NCBI GenBank assembly: GCA_028717245.1 | Contig: JAQUOD010000008.1 | Coordinates: 2,493 to 66,492, forward strand | DNA from: Candidatus Omnitrophota bacterium | GTDB taxonomy: Bacteria > Omnitrophota > Gorgyraeia > Gygaellales > Profunditerraquicolaceae | Direction of reading: 5' to 3' | DNA: 64,000 nt | Part shown: in pieces, positions 29,446 to 39,382 of the stretch | Numbering within the stretch: position 1 is the stretch's first letter | Layout: the number at the start of each line of letters is the position of its first letter | Program-made: the position numbers and the translations under genes | Notes under the pieces: model-generated | Seen by the model: only the letters and a program-made list of their open reading frames with translations | Told to the model about the DNA's origin: nothing | Databases searched by the model: none

Positions 29446-31109
29446 TTTATCGCACCCTTTACTTCTTCTTCTAATTCTTCCAAAGAAAAAGGCCTGCCGT
29501 CATATTTGAAAATCTGCTTGTCTACCTTAAAGCCGTATCCGCCAATAAGCCGCATCAGCTGGCCCGTAGCGTTATTTTCTACTAAAATCAGCTTCTTGAC
29601 CCCCGCTAATGCCTCCTGGAATTGCTTGGCCCCGAAGGGATTCAAGACAACAGGCTGGACAGCCCTTAATCCCAGCCTCCGGGCGGCTTCAACACAGACC
29701 CCTTTGTTAGACCCCCAGCAGAGAAGTGCGGTCTCGGATTCTTTTTCGGCGTGAACTTTTACGGTATTAAAATTTTCTAAATCCAGCGCTAAATACTTTT
29801 CTTTACGCAGGCGTTTCTCCTGCATCATTTTTGTCTGCTGCGGCTCCTCTGTGGTTATGCCTGACTCGTCATGCTCATAACTATTCACTTTAATCACCGC
29901 ATCCTTACTTGGGGCAAATGCCAACGGGGAAACCCCGTTCTTTGCGGCTGAATACCTCTTATATGTAGATTCGCCGTTCCATAAAACAGGGCCCTCTTCC
30001 TTTATCTCTCCAGCTAGCATAAGGTCAAAATTAAAAATACCTTCTCCTAAATTTTTATCGGTCAAGATGATGCCCGGGATCTGATACTTCCAGCTTATAT
30101 TCATCGAGGCTGCTGACCAATAATAGGCCTCTTCGGCATCGCCCGGCGCGACCACAAAACGCGCGAATTCTCCCTGGCCGGCATTTAAGGCAAAATGTAA
30201 ATCGCTCTGCGCCGAATAAGTAGGCAGGCCTGTTGACGGTCCCGGCCGCTGCCCGAGAATCACTACCACCGGCAGTTCTGCCATACCCGCTAGACTTAAA
30301 CCCTCGGTCATCAGACAAAATCCTCCACCGGAGGTGCCGACAGCCACTTTCTTTCCGGCATAAGCATAACCTAAGGCCATTAATATCACGCTGATTTCGC
30401 TCTCCGGATGAATCACGTCTAAACCGAAATCATCGCCTATCTCAGCAAGGTAATGCAGAATTGGCGAGCTGGGAGTCATAGGATAGGAAATATAAGCGTT
30501 CAGTCCGCCTTTAATCAGGCCAAGGGCAAGCGCCTGGTTTCCGGTAAGAAATGGCAAGCTCTTCTGCTGCAAGGGCTCAAAGTTAAACAACTCTCTGGCA
30601 GCGTCAAATCCGCGCCGCGCAACTTTGAGATTTAAATCTAAATCCTTGGCGAGCTCTTTTTTTAATGTATCTTCAAGAATACCAAAGTCAGCGCCGATTG
30701 CCTTTGTTAAGGCGCCGATTATACAGGTATTACGCATTATCTCAGGAGCGAGCTCCTCTTTAAGAAGCTTCCCCAAAGGCAGGCCCAACCCGCAATTGGG
30801 TCCCATCTGCGGCTTTACCTGTTCCGAATCAAAGATAAAAAAACATCCCTCATTCAGCCTCTTTTTATGAAAGTCCAGGGTATCCTGATTCAATGCCAGG
30901 ATAACATCTATTTTGTCCCGGTGAGAGGCTATCCTGTTTTTTGAGGCGCGGATGATAGAAAAAGTATGGCCGCCCCTGATAATAGAAGGATAATCCCGGT
31001 AGATATAGATATGGTATCCCATCCGGTTTAATAAACGGCCGATTATTCCGCCGGCCCTATCAATACCGAATCCGGCTCTCCCCCCGATGAGGATAGAAAG
31101 TTCATCCAT
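29442..31109 (-). CDS. korA: 2-oxoacid:ferredoxin oxidoreductase alpha subunit with fused N-terminal gamma domain
   Basis: N-terminal gamma-like domain (GGRAGFGIDRAGGIIG...) then the alpha catalytic domain. It overlaps the beta-subunit gene. Confidence 0.75.
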   Translation of the reverse strand: MDELSILIGGRAGFGIDRAGGIIGRLLNRMGYHIYIYRDYPSIIRGGHTFSIIRASKNRIASHRDKIDVILALNQDTLDFHKKRLNEGCFFIFDSEQVKPQMGPNCGLGLPLGKLLKEELAPEIMRNTCIIGALTKAIGADFGILEDTLKKELAKDLDLNLKVARRGFDAARELFNFEPLQQKSLPFLTGNQALALGLIKGGLNAYISYPMTPSSPILHYLAEIGDDFGLDVIHPESEISVILMALGYAYAGKKVAVGTSGGGFCLMTEGLSLAGMAELPVVVILGQRPGPSTGLPTYSAQSDLHFALNAGQGEFARFVVAPGDAEEAYYWSAASMNISWKYQIPGIILTDKNLGEGIFNFDLMLAGEIKEEGPVLWNGESTYKRYSAAKNGVSPLAFAPSKDAVIKVNSYEHDESGITTEEPQQTKMMQEKRLRKEKYLALDLENFNTVKVHAEKESETALLCWGSNKGVCVEAARRLGLRAVQPVVLNPFGAKQFQEALAGVKKLILVENNATGQLMRLIGGYGFKVDKQIFKYDGRPFSLEELEEEVKGAIK

Positions 31110-31144
31110 ATCTTTACTCCACTTTCAAAAAATGACGTTATTCT

Positions 31145-31185
31145 ATATGAAATAAAAACAGCCCTGGCCGCGCTAAACTGACCAG
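31145..31185 (-). terminator. Rho-independent terminator (agccctggccgcgctaaactgaccagggct) plus T-run on the minus strand
   Basis: It lies downstream of the stop of the 31222..31407 gene. Confidence 0.45.
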
Positions 31186-31221
31186 GGCTTCAAAACTAAA
31201 TCTTCATGCTTAAAATTTTAT

Positions 31222-31407
31222 TTATTTACAGCAGCCGCTGCTTCTGGCTATTTTCTTGATTACCGCGTTGATGATAAAGCAGGATATGCCTAAAAAGATA
31301 GCCAGGTTATCCGCAATCGGCAGGACATCAAAGGCTGCAGCCAAAAGTATCAGTATACCCGCTCCCCATAGAAGTGCATTGACCACGCCTATAATCTTAT
31401 TCTCCAT
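31222..31407 (-). CDS. Small 2-TM membrane protein
   Basis: 61 aa, hydrophobic; GGAGG-like Shine-Dalgarno sequence. Confidence 0.4.
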   Translation of the reverse strand: MENKIIGVVNALLWGAGILILLAAAFDVLPIADNLAIFLGISCFIINAVIKKIARSSGCCK

Positions 31408-31466
31408 TTCTCACCTCCTTTGTTAATCATAATCCAGGAAACGGTAAATAGCAAGGATAAACTTCT

Positions 31467-32039
31467 TTAAATGCTTAATCCCAGCCTATAGGCCTTAGCT
31501 AAAATACCTTTACACTTTTTGGCGTCAAAATTCCACTTGCCGGTTGAAGCGATGACCCTGATCCTTGCCTTCATCAAGCTAAAGAACGTTTTCATGGCAT
31601 TGACGCATCCGGGCACGATACCCAGGATATGCGAGAAAGGAAAAGGGGCAAAACAAGCGGTAATCAGGATTACCTTTTTCGGCTTAGGATGCAGCCATTT
31701 CGGCCCGAAGTTGGTCATCTTAAATATGGATACGCCCCGGTCAAAAAAGGCCTTGGCTACGGAAGTGACATTACTGACGAAAACCGGAGAAGCAAAAGCT
31801 ACTACATCAGAATTAATCAACTCATCCGCCACTTTTTTAAAATCATCGTTGATAATACAAACCTGCGTATCCTTGCAGGCACGACAGTTAAGGCAGGGGT
31901 TAATCTTCAGGTCATAAAGATAAATTTTCTTCACCTCATGCCCCTTATCTTTTAACCCCCTTAAAACCTCATCCAGAAGATGGTCTGTTATCTGCCCTTT
32001 ACGCGGCCCTGCCAGAATACCTAACGCCTTCATAGCCAC
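31467..32039 (-). CDS. Flavodoxin-like fold NADPH-dependent FMN reductase/iron-sulfur flavoprotein family
   Basis: ALGILAGPRKG...N-terminal flavin-binding loop, CLNCRACK cysteine cluster. Confidence 0.55.
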   Translation of the reverse strand: MAMKALGILAGPRKGQITDHLLDEVLRGLKDKGHEVKKIYLYDLKINPCLNCRACKDTQVCIINDDFKKVADELINSDVVAFASPVFVSNVTSVAKAFFDRGVSIFKMTNFGPKWLHPKPKKVILITACFAPFPFSHILGIVPGCVNAMKTFFSLMKARIRVIASTGKWNFDAKKCKGILAKAYRLGLSI

Positions 32040-32045
32040 CTCATA

Positions 32046-33629
32046 TTATACCGCTCCTTTGACTTTCAGGCGCTCTCTTGCCTTCTGTAATCTTTCAAGA
32101 AAGTTATCTCTTTTAAATTGCGAAGTCCATCCTTTCATAATAATCCATCCGCCGAAACGGATCAAATCATTGCGCCATGGCCGGTACCATTTTCTCCAGC
32201 CCGATTTGATATTATGCAAAAAGAAAATCAAGGCGGGAAAGGAAAATATATTTAACACTATCATAAACAGATGTTTAAACTGGTAAAATCTGCCCATGAG
32301 CTTCCTGATAGAAAGCTGCATTTCTTCGGCAGTCATAGGCGCATCAGGTTCAAAGAGCGGAAAATTACCGTCATAGTATTCCCAACCAACATCCTCAAGC
32401 GGATAAACCCTATTTTGCATAGCGAGCCTGTGCCTTAATTCTGTCCCCGGAAGAGGGCCTGCCAGCAAAATCTGCACGGTGTCTATTTTAGCTTTTTTAA
32501 TGAAACTCTTAAAACGCTTCTCCCGTTCTTTAGCGGACATTTTAAAATGTACGCCTTCTTTCATCGGATAACCAAAGATGAACATGCCATGCACCAAAAA
32601 TCCAAATTTGTGAAATATCTTTATCATGGCCAGCATATCTTCGGGTTTGAGATGTTTGTTCATCGCGCTTAGCTCTTCTTCGATAGGCGACTCAAAACCA
32701 ATGGCCACCGTGTTAATGCCCGCCTGGCGCATGGCAGAAAGAAGCTCGGGGTCTTTAGCTTTATCCAGTCTTATCTGGACGGTTACATCCAGCCTCCTAC
32801 CTGTATCTTTTTGATAATCTCCGAGCATTTGACAGAACCTTATGGTTTCATCCCGCTGCTGCCCGAATAGGTCATCGACAACAAAAAAATGCCTGGCATC
32901 CTGCGTCTCCAGAAGAAAACTGATCTGTTCAAGGAGCCTTTCAGGCGGGGCATACCGGGGTTTTCCTTTTACAGTGCAAAACTCGCAATCCATACCGCAG
33001 CCCCGTATCCTTTCAACGGGATAAATTTTAATCTTAGCATAACGCACCAGGGAAAAGTCCGGCAAGGGAAACTTTTCAAAATCATTCAGGCGTTCTCTTT
33101 TAGAAGTAAATATAACCTGCCCATTCTTTAAATAGGCTATGCCTTTTACCTCATTCGCATCCAGTTTTCCTTCTATAACCCGCAGAAGTTCTCTAATGAC
33201 TTCCTCTCCTTCGCCGATAACCGCATAGTCAATACCGGAATTCAATGCCTCGGTTATATTATCTTTAATAAAATGCTGCCCTCCGGCAATAGTCACAATC
33301 CCTTTATCTTTATAAAAACGGGCTATTTCATAAAGCCTGGGGATAGTGCTTGTCAGCCCGCCATAGAAACCGACAACATCCGCAGGCCTGTGTCTTTGTA
33401 AAAATTCATGGTCAGCTCCTCCTGATTCGCTCCTGGGGCCGTATCTACGAAGATTATTCTCATCAATGACCTCTACGTCCCAGCCTCCCATCCCATTTGC
33501 AGCGCTGGCAACACACACCGGGCCTAAAGCCGTGGTTTTATGAGCGATGTAAGAATAGATATTAAACGCCGGATAAGCCGGAATAATAATCCTCAATCTA
33601 AATCTTTTCTTGGATAAGTCCAGCGCCAT
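32046..33629 (-). CDS. B12-binding domain radical SAM protein
   Basis: N-terminal cobalamin-binding Rossmann region, radical SAM CGMDCEFC (CxxxCxxC), C-terminal hydrophobic helices. Confidence 0.75.
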   Translation of the reverse strand: MALDLSKKRFRLRIIIPAYPAFNIYSYIAHKTTALGPVCVASAANGMGGWDVEVIDENNLRRYGPRSESGGADHEFLQRHRPADVVGFYGGLTSTIPRLYEIARFYKDKGIVTIAGGQHFIKDNITEALNSGIDYAVIGEGEEVIRELLRVIEGKLDANEVKGIAYLKNGQVIFTSKRERLNDFEKFPLPDFSLVRYAKIKIYPVERIRGCGMDCEFCTVKGKPRYAPPERLLEQISFLLETQDARHFFVVDDLFGQQRDETIRFCQMLGDYQKDTGRRLDVTVQIRLDKAKDPELLSAMRQAGINTVAIGFESPIEEELSAMNKHLKPEDMLAMIKIFHKFGFLVHGMFIFGYPMKEGVHFKMSAKEREKRFKSFIKKAKIDTVQILLAGPLPGTELRHRLAMQNRVYPLEDVGWEYYDGNFPLFEPDAPMTAEEMQLSIRKLMGRFYQFKHLFMIVLNIFSFPALIFFLHNIKSGWRKWYRPWRNDLIRFGGWIIMKGWTSQFKRDNFLERLQKARERLKVKGAV

Positions 33630-33630
33630 A

Positions 33631-33981
33631 TTATTTATCCTCTTCTATTTTACGCTTCCCTTCTTCTGCCTCATGGTTTTTCCTGTCTTGTATCTTACGC
33701 CTTAATTCCGTTTCCCTGAGATCCCTCTCTATTTTAGTCTTACGGTCTGTCTCTTCATCTTCTGCCCTTTGTTTTCTTTCCTCTCCTTCTTCAATAAACC
33801 TTTCCCCCGCCCGAAGCTCTTTTTTTCCTTCTGTCTCAAGAGATTCCTTCTCTTTTTTTTCTTCTGACAAGCGGCTCACTTGCGCTCTTTTCATTTTCCG
33901 CGCCTGCCATATAATAAATACTATAACGATTGCGATGACTATAAATATAAAATTCATAATTCCTCCTTTAAATAATAACAA
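33631..33981 (-). CDS. Membrane-anchored highly charged (Glu/Arg/Lys-rich) coiled-coil protein
   Basis: TM helix then an ER/K-rich segment. The stop is 2 nt before the radical SAM start. Confidence 0.4.
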   Translation of the reverse strand: MLLFKGGIMNFIFIVIAIVIVFIIWQARKMKRAQVSRLSEEKKEKESLETEGKKELRAGERFIEEGEERKQRAEDEETDRKTKIERDLRETELRRKIQDRKNHEAEEGKRKIEEDK

Positions 33982-34021
33982 AAAAGAAACCCCCCTGCCG
34001 TTATGCCGTAAGCAAAAAATT

Positions 34022-34972
34022 CTATTTCAGCTGCTCGCTCAATCGATACATAACTCCCGCGGCTATCTTATCCTGAGGAAGGCCGAATTTACGCGCGGAA
34101 ATAGTAACCTGGGTGGATTTTTCCGAAAGCTTCTTTAACTTAAGAATTACCCCCGCGCCGTTAACCTCTGCGCTGATAATGCCATTGGCCTTGTCTTCTT
34201 TCTTCACCTTACCTGCCATATTAATGGCTTCTAATCCGGCATAATACGCCCTCTCTATTGTAACATCGAAGGTTTCCTGGGCATAGTCCTTACCGGCAAA
34301 GGTAAACGCCGCCACAACCGGCAAAGCCGCTACTCCCGTAAGCATGGTCACCCCATACACCTTAAGGCCATGGATACCCGCTGCCTTTAGCGGCTCTGAT
34401 ATAATCAAAGCGGAAAGTTGCTGGGCGCTGGTAATATTCTTATAAGCCTTCTTCAAATTAATATCATAAACTTTAACTACGGGCTGGCCTTCCACGCTGT
34501 AATCTTTGCTTACTACCCTGCCCATCCCTAAGCTTACAATATCTATTTGCATGGCTAGTTGTTTAGCCGGTTTCTTCTGTGCCTCTATGGACTTATCCTG
34601 CGCTATTTTTAAGGAATCAACGTTGAGCTTACCCTCTTTATTCTTTACCATGCCTATCTCTTTAATGTCTAAATCTAGCTGCTTAAGATGAATCTTGCCG
34701 GTTGCGAGCGCTCCTAAATTACAGACCACATGCACCTTGGGAATATCCGCAAGGATATCCTTAGGAAACCCCCTGGGGTTATACATCCTGAAATTAGATA
34801 TTCTTATTGACTGTCTGATTATACTCAGCGAAAGGCCGCCGACGCGAGTGGGGGCGCCGGTAACGCTAGTGGCTACGGTGCCGATTAAGGATTTAATGCA
34901 AAAATCCCTGACCCAACAAAATACAAAGAGCAAAATAACTGCCAGAATTATAATCATGATTTTCTTCTGCAT
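34022..34972 (-). CDS. Membrane-anchored periplasmic protein of unknown function
   Basis: N-terminal TM helix; no motif recognised. Confidence 0.4.
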   Translation of the reverse strand: MQKKIMIIILAVILLFVFCWVRDFCIKSLIGTVATSVTGAPTRVGGLSLSIIRQSIRISNFRMYNPRGFPKDILADIPKVHVVCNLGALATGKIHLKQLDLDIKEIGMVKNKEGKLNVDSLKIAQDKSIEAQKKPAKQLAMQIDIVSLGMGRVVSKDYSVEGQPVVKVYDINLKKAYKNITSAQQLSALIISEPLKAAGIHGLKVYGVTMLTGVAALPVVAAFTFAGKDYAQETFDVTIERAYYAGLEAINMAGKVKKEDKANGIISAEVNGAGVILKLKKLSEKSTQVTISARKFGLPQDKIAAGVMYRLSEQLK

Positions 34973-35189
34973 TCTATCCCCCCCCTATCATGAAATTAGT
35001 AAAATTAGGGACGTTTCTATTTAAAAGGCAACCCCATTTCTTTTAGGGAGTTGCCTTAGGAATTTTTGCTACTTAAACTTCATCCCGCTACCTCTCTGTA
35101 GACTCTTATTTTACTGCTCTGGAGGGCTTCGGTCAAGGGGGTTTTATCGGGTATCAGGTCATTTCTTGACAATCTGCCCATTATAATTT

Positions 35190-35939
35190 ATGATATACCT
35201 TGTGAAAAAAAATATTTTATCAATAATCATCTGGACAGTGGGATCCATACTTACCATTGCCTTGTACTTGGCAATGTTATTATGTACTGCCCTCCTTTAT
35301 CCGTTTGACAAAAAACGCGCCTTTACGCATATGCAGTGCTTCTGGTGGTCAGATGCGGTAATCGCGCTCAACCCTTATTGGAAGATTGAAATAAGCGGCC
35401 TAAACAATATCGATAAAAAACGCACCTATGTAATAATAGCCAACCACCAGAGCCTGGCCGATATCGTGCTCGCCTATCAGATAAAAATGCAATTCAAATG
35501 GGTCGCTAAAGAAAGTTTATTTAAAATACCTTTTGTCGGATGGTCAATGGCACTGGCCAAACACATAAAGCTCCAGAGAGACAATCTAAGCAGTATAAGG
35601 AAAGTTTACCGGGAAGCAGGCCATTGGTTACGTAGCGGCGTATCAATACTTTTCTTTCCGGAAGGGACACGAAGCGAAACAGCCGAGATGGGCGATTTCC
35701 GTAACGGCGCGTTTAAGCTGGCGATAAAAGAACGGGTGCCGATATTACCAGTATTGTTTGAAGGAACCGGCACAGCCATACCCAGGGGCAGCTGGATATT
35801 TACTACCAAAACTTCCGCTAAATTAAAGATCCTCCCTCCGATAGAAACAACCGGTTATCAGCCAGCAGACTTCGTTAAACTCAAGGATTTAGCACGCTCT
35901 GTTTTAGAAAAAGAATCCTGTAAGCCTTATCATCTATAA
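35190..35939 (+). CDS. plsC: 1-acyl-sn-glycerol-3-phosphate acyltransferase family (PlsC-like)
   Basis: NHQSLADI (HxxxxD) and FPEGTRS motifs. Confidence 0.8.
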   Translation: MIYLVKKNILSIIIWTVGSILTIALYLAMLLCTALLYPFDKKRAFTHMQCFWWSDAVIALNPYWKIEISGLNNIDKKRTYVIIANHQSLADIVLAYQIKMQFKWVAKESLFKIPFVGWSMALAKHIKLQRDNLSSIRKVYREAGHWLRSGVSILFFPEGTRSETAEMGDFRNGAFKLAIKERVPILPVLFEGTGTAIPRGSWIFTTKTSAKLKILPPIETTGYQPADFVKLKDLARSVLEKESCKPYHL

Positions 35940-37178
35940 ATGCCGAAGCGCCGCGTAGTGATTACTGGCCTGGGAATAGTAGCGCCCAATACCATAGGAA
36001 AAGAAAATTTTTGGGCTGCACTGATCAAAGGTAAATCCGGGATCAGAAGGATCACCCGCTTTGACCCTGCCCCATTTCCCACCCAGATTGCCGGAGAAGT
36101 TGATTTGGATATCTCCCAATTTATTGAGTACAAAAAGGCCCGGAGAATGGACCGTACCACGCATCTGGCCATGGCGGCAGCCAGGCTTGCTTTTACAGAT
36201 TCCCGGATAGACCTCGCTGCTTGTAACCTGGAAAGAATAGGCGTGACTATTGCAACTACTATGGCTGGCAAGGGTTTTACCTTGGAGGAATATGAAAATG
36301 TTTACCGCGCTAAAGGCCCGATGAAAATTAATACCTTTACTGCCATTGCTTCTTTTCCGGATGCTGCGGCAAGCTGCATTTCTCTTGAATTCGGTTTGCA
36401 GGGGCCCAGCTTTTCTTTATCTACCGCGTGTTCATCTTCTTTGGATGCGCTTAGCCTTGCCCGGGATTTGATTCAAAAGGATGCCGTAGATTCAATTATT
36501 GTGGGCGGGGCCGATGCGCCGCTCTTTGCTCCGGTATTTAGTTCCTTTTGTGTTTTAAGAGCCCTATCCAAAAGAAATGATACACCCCAAGCGGCTTCGC
36601 GCCCTTTTGACCGGTTAAGAGACGGTTTTATTTTAAGCGAGGGCGCCGGTGTATTAATTTTAGAAGAATTAGAGTATGCCTTAAGACGAGGGGCGCATAT
36701 TTATGGAGAAATACTTGGCGCAAGTTCTACCTGCGATGCATACCATATTACCAACCCTGACCCGCATGGGCTTCAGGCAGAAAGGGCTTTACGTTCGGCT
36801 ATTTCTGATGCCGGGATCGAACCGCAAGATATTGATTATATCAATGCCCACGGTACCTCAACCCCGCTGAACGATAAAATCGAGACTATGGTCGTTAAAA
36901 GGATATTCGGCGATAGGGCTAAAGAAATTCCGGTTTCTTCCACAAAATCAATGATTGGGCATACCATCGCTGCCGCAGGGGCATTAGAAATTTGCGCTGC
37001 TCTACTTGCGCTGGAAAAAGGCATTATTCATCCGACAATCAACCAGGAGGCCCCAGACCCCGAATGCGACTTAAACTACGTTCCCAATAAAGCCATCACC
37101 GCTAATCCAAAAATAATCCTAAAAAACTCTTTTGGTTTTGGCGGAAAAAATGCGGCATTAGTAATCGGGAAAATATAA
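35940..37178 (+). CDS. fabF: Beta-ketoacyl-ACP synthase II
   Basis: RVVITGLGIVAPN, active-site Cys region STACSSS, HGTSTPLND, GHTIAAAG, GFGGKNAALV. Confidence 0.85.
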   Translation: MPKRRVVITGLGIVAPNTIGKENFWAALIKGKSGIRRITRFDPAPFPTQIAGEVDLDISQFIEYKKARRMDRTTHLAMAAARLAFTDSRIDLAACNLERIGVTIATTMAGKGFTLEEYENVYRAKGPMKINTFTAIASFPDAAASCISLEFGLQGPSFSLSTACSSSLDALSLARDLIQKDAVDSIIVGGADAPLFAPVFSSFCVLRALSKRNDTPQAASRPFDRLRDGFILSEGAGVLILEELEYALRRGAHIYGEILGASSTCDAYHITNPDPHGLQAERALRSAISDAGIEPQDIDYINAHGTSTPLNDKIETMVVKRIFGDRAKEIPVSSTKSMIGHTIAAAGALEICAALLALEKGIIHPTINQEAPDPECDLNYVPNKAITANPKIILKNSFGFGGKNAALVIGKI

Positions 37179-37297
37179 AAATAAAATTTGCTGGTAATTT
37201 TAGGGGAAGCCGCTAAACAACATGGAATCTCAGGATCATTCTCTTATTTGTAAACTCTCAGGCAGTGCGTCAAAAAACTGCCGCAATTTTTCACTCG

Positions 37298-38125
37298 TTA
37301 GAAATCAATTAATTTAAATCCCAGCCGTGATTTGTATTTCTGGCCGCGTTCCTTGGCAAGTAATGCCGTCAAGCGGTCTGCCCAATAATCCATAATATTA
37401 TAGGCTTTCTTCCAATGCTCAAACTTCTCAAGGCCAGCCAGAGAAGAATTTTTATCTGCTTTGACTTCATCCGAGATAGTGATTAATCTTTCCTGGGTAG
37501 AGAAATCGGAAATTATCCCTTCAAAAGAAAATGTACCTTCCGGGCCCTCCGGTAAAGGCACGGGCGAAAAGTGGCCCGCTGCCTCTAACGCTGTGTTAAA
37601 GCCGACATTAGTCTGGGAAATATCATTCAATTTTAAACTGATATAAAGTACCTTTTTGCCTGCTGCCTCTTCTCTGTTCGGAATAACCGACATTACAAAA
37701 CCCAGAGTCTTGGAGAAACGCTCTAACATCTCTTCGCCCAGATTATTTATATCCTCATCAGCTATTTTGGTATCAGGAATCTTGGTATTTTTTACTTTTG
37801 CCCGGCTTAAGTCTACTTTATCGATAAAAATTGCTTCATAAATCTTAAAATCTGCTCCCGGCCTTATCCATAGCCCCTTGAACCCTTGAATCTTCTCGGC
37901 TTTATCTTCCGAAACAACATTATACCCTTTATCCTTCATACACTGGTTGAATTTCTTCTGTTTTAAACCAGCGTCTTTAGAATCAGAGGAATCAACTACT
38001 GCCTGGCAATCGGTTTTATCCTTTTTGAACTCTTCAGGCGGCTTTTGCGTGTTCAGATAAGCCATTTTTGTGGCGCAGCCAGACAGGAACATTACTAATA
38101 ATAAGAAACAATATATGTTCTTCAT
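37298..38125 (-). CDS. Hypothetical lipoprotein
   Basis: Lipobox LSGCA. Confidence 0.45.
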   Translation of the reverse strand: MKNIYCFLLLVMFLSGCATKMAYLNTQKPPEEFKKDKTDCQAVVDSSDSKDAGLKQKKFNQCMKDKGYNVVSEDKAEKIQGFKGLWIRPGADFKIYEAIFIDKVDLSRAKVKNTKIPDTKIADEDINNLGEEMLERFSKTLGFVMSVIPNREEAAGKKVLYISLKLNDISQTNVGFNTALEAAGHFSPVPLPEGPEGTFSFEGIISDFSTQERLITISDEVKADKNSSLAGLEKFEHWKKAYNIMDYWADRLTALLAKERGQKYKSRLGFKLIDF

Positions 38126-38216
38126 AGGAATAACCTCATAACTTACCTTGTTTGAAAAACATCTATAAATGCCCCGCGCTAGCGCTACACTACATTTTTA
38201 ATTTTCCGATATTTTG

Positions 38217-38501
38217 TTATGTCAAAGAAGCTCGATGGGTTAGGATGTTCGCCCAAGTAAGCATAGATTCAGCCCAATCAGTATCCATATGGACATCGTG
38301 AGAAAGACGCTCAAAGTCATTCTTAAACCATTCATAGGTGGGTAGGAAACGGTTTGATTTTGGGGTGGATTCCAAGGCCTTTAGATAATCTTCGGTCTGG
38401 GCCAAGAACTGTTCAACTCGTTCCTTGCGGCCTTCCATGGCGAAGCGGCATAATCGCCCTAAATTTACCGCAATATTTAAAACTATCTCCCTCGCATCCA
38501 T
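38217..38501 (-). CDS. Hypothetical protein
   Basis: 94 aa, no motif recognised; adjacent to the next gene. Confidence 0.35.
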   Translation of the reverse strand: MDAREIVLNIAVNLGRLCRFAMEGRKERVEQFLAQTEDYLKALESTPKSNRFLPTYEWFKNDFERLSHDVHMDTDWAESMLTWANILTHRASLT

Positions 38502-38505
38502 TCAA

Positions 38506-38835
38506 TTAATCCTTCAATAAAGATTCAATTAACGCTGCAGCTTTTTTACGTATTTCCTCATCCAAAATCTCACGGCTTCTATTCTGCGCAGGCCTTAGAT
38601 TAATTACAGAATCAAAATCCATCTCGCCAGTTTCTAAATCTAAGCCGGCTCCCCAAAGATCTTCTTGCCGGCTACCGTCCTCTAATAGTAGGCGTTCGCC
38701 ATCTACATGCTTTTCTCCACCTGCAGCTAAGACTTTACGCCGGACATCAACTACAATCTTTACATAACCCTTCAGATCTTCGGCTATCTTCTTTAGGGTT
38801 TCCTGATCTATTTTGTCACGGACGATTAGTAACAT
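38506..38835 (-). CDS. Hypothetical protein; apparently leaderless mRNA (TATAAT 6 nt upstream of the ATG)
   Basis: gctataatatttacATG on the minus strand. Confidence 0.4.
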   Translation of the reverse strand: MLLIVRDKIDQETLKKIAEDLKGYVKIVVDVRRKVLAAGGEKHVDGERLLLEDGSRQEDLWGAGLDLETGEMDFDSVINLRPAQNRSREILDEEIRKKAAALIESLLKD

Positions 38836-38915
38836 GTAAATATTATAGCATAAAATTAAAAATGTAGCCTAAAAAACTGCCGAAATTTTTAGGGGGAGGA
38901 AAAACTAGTCTGGTA

Positions 38916-39377
38916 CTATTTAGCTATTTTAACTATAGTGCTTCTTTTTACCAAATCGAACAATTCAATTATATCACGATTTTTCATCCTTATACAGCCA
39001 TGAGATGCGGGCCTACCGATTAAATTTTCTTCAGGTGTTCCATGAATATAGATGCCCCTCTCAAATGAATCTATACCCTTGCCTTTATTGATGCCTTTCT
39101 CAAGCCCTGCAAGGCGTAGTATTCGCGTTGTAATGAAATCCCCGCCGTTACGGCTGCGGGCGATCTTTCCGGTATTCCTGCGCCGCTTAAAAATCGTGCC
39201 CGATAAAGCGTTCTTGCCGATTTTACTCACTATTTGATGCAGACCCAACGGAGTCTTATTGCTTCCGACTTTGTTGCCGATTCCGTATTTAGAAGTAGAA
39301 ATTGAGTAGCTTTTAATCAACTCCTTACCGAAAAATACATTGAGCTTTCGTTTTGAAATCCTAACGCTTATTTGCAC
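38916..39377 (-). CDS. L,D-transpeptidase (YkuD) domain protein
   Basis: IHGTPEENLIGRPASHGCIRM catalytic His/Cys motif. Confidence 0.8.
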   Translation of the reverse strand: MQISVRISKRKLNVFFGKELIKSYSISTSKYGIGNKVGSNKTPLGLHQIVSKIGKNALSGTIFKRRRNTGKIARSRNGGDFITTRILRLAGLEKGINKGKGIDSFERGIYIHGTPEENLIGRPASHGCIRMKNRDIIELFDLVKRSTIVKIAK

Positions 39378-39382
39378 TTAGA

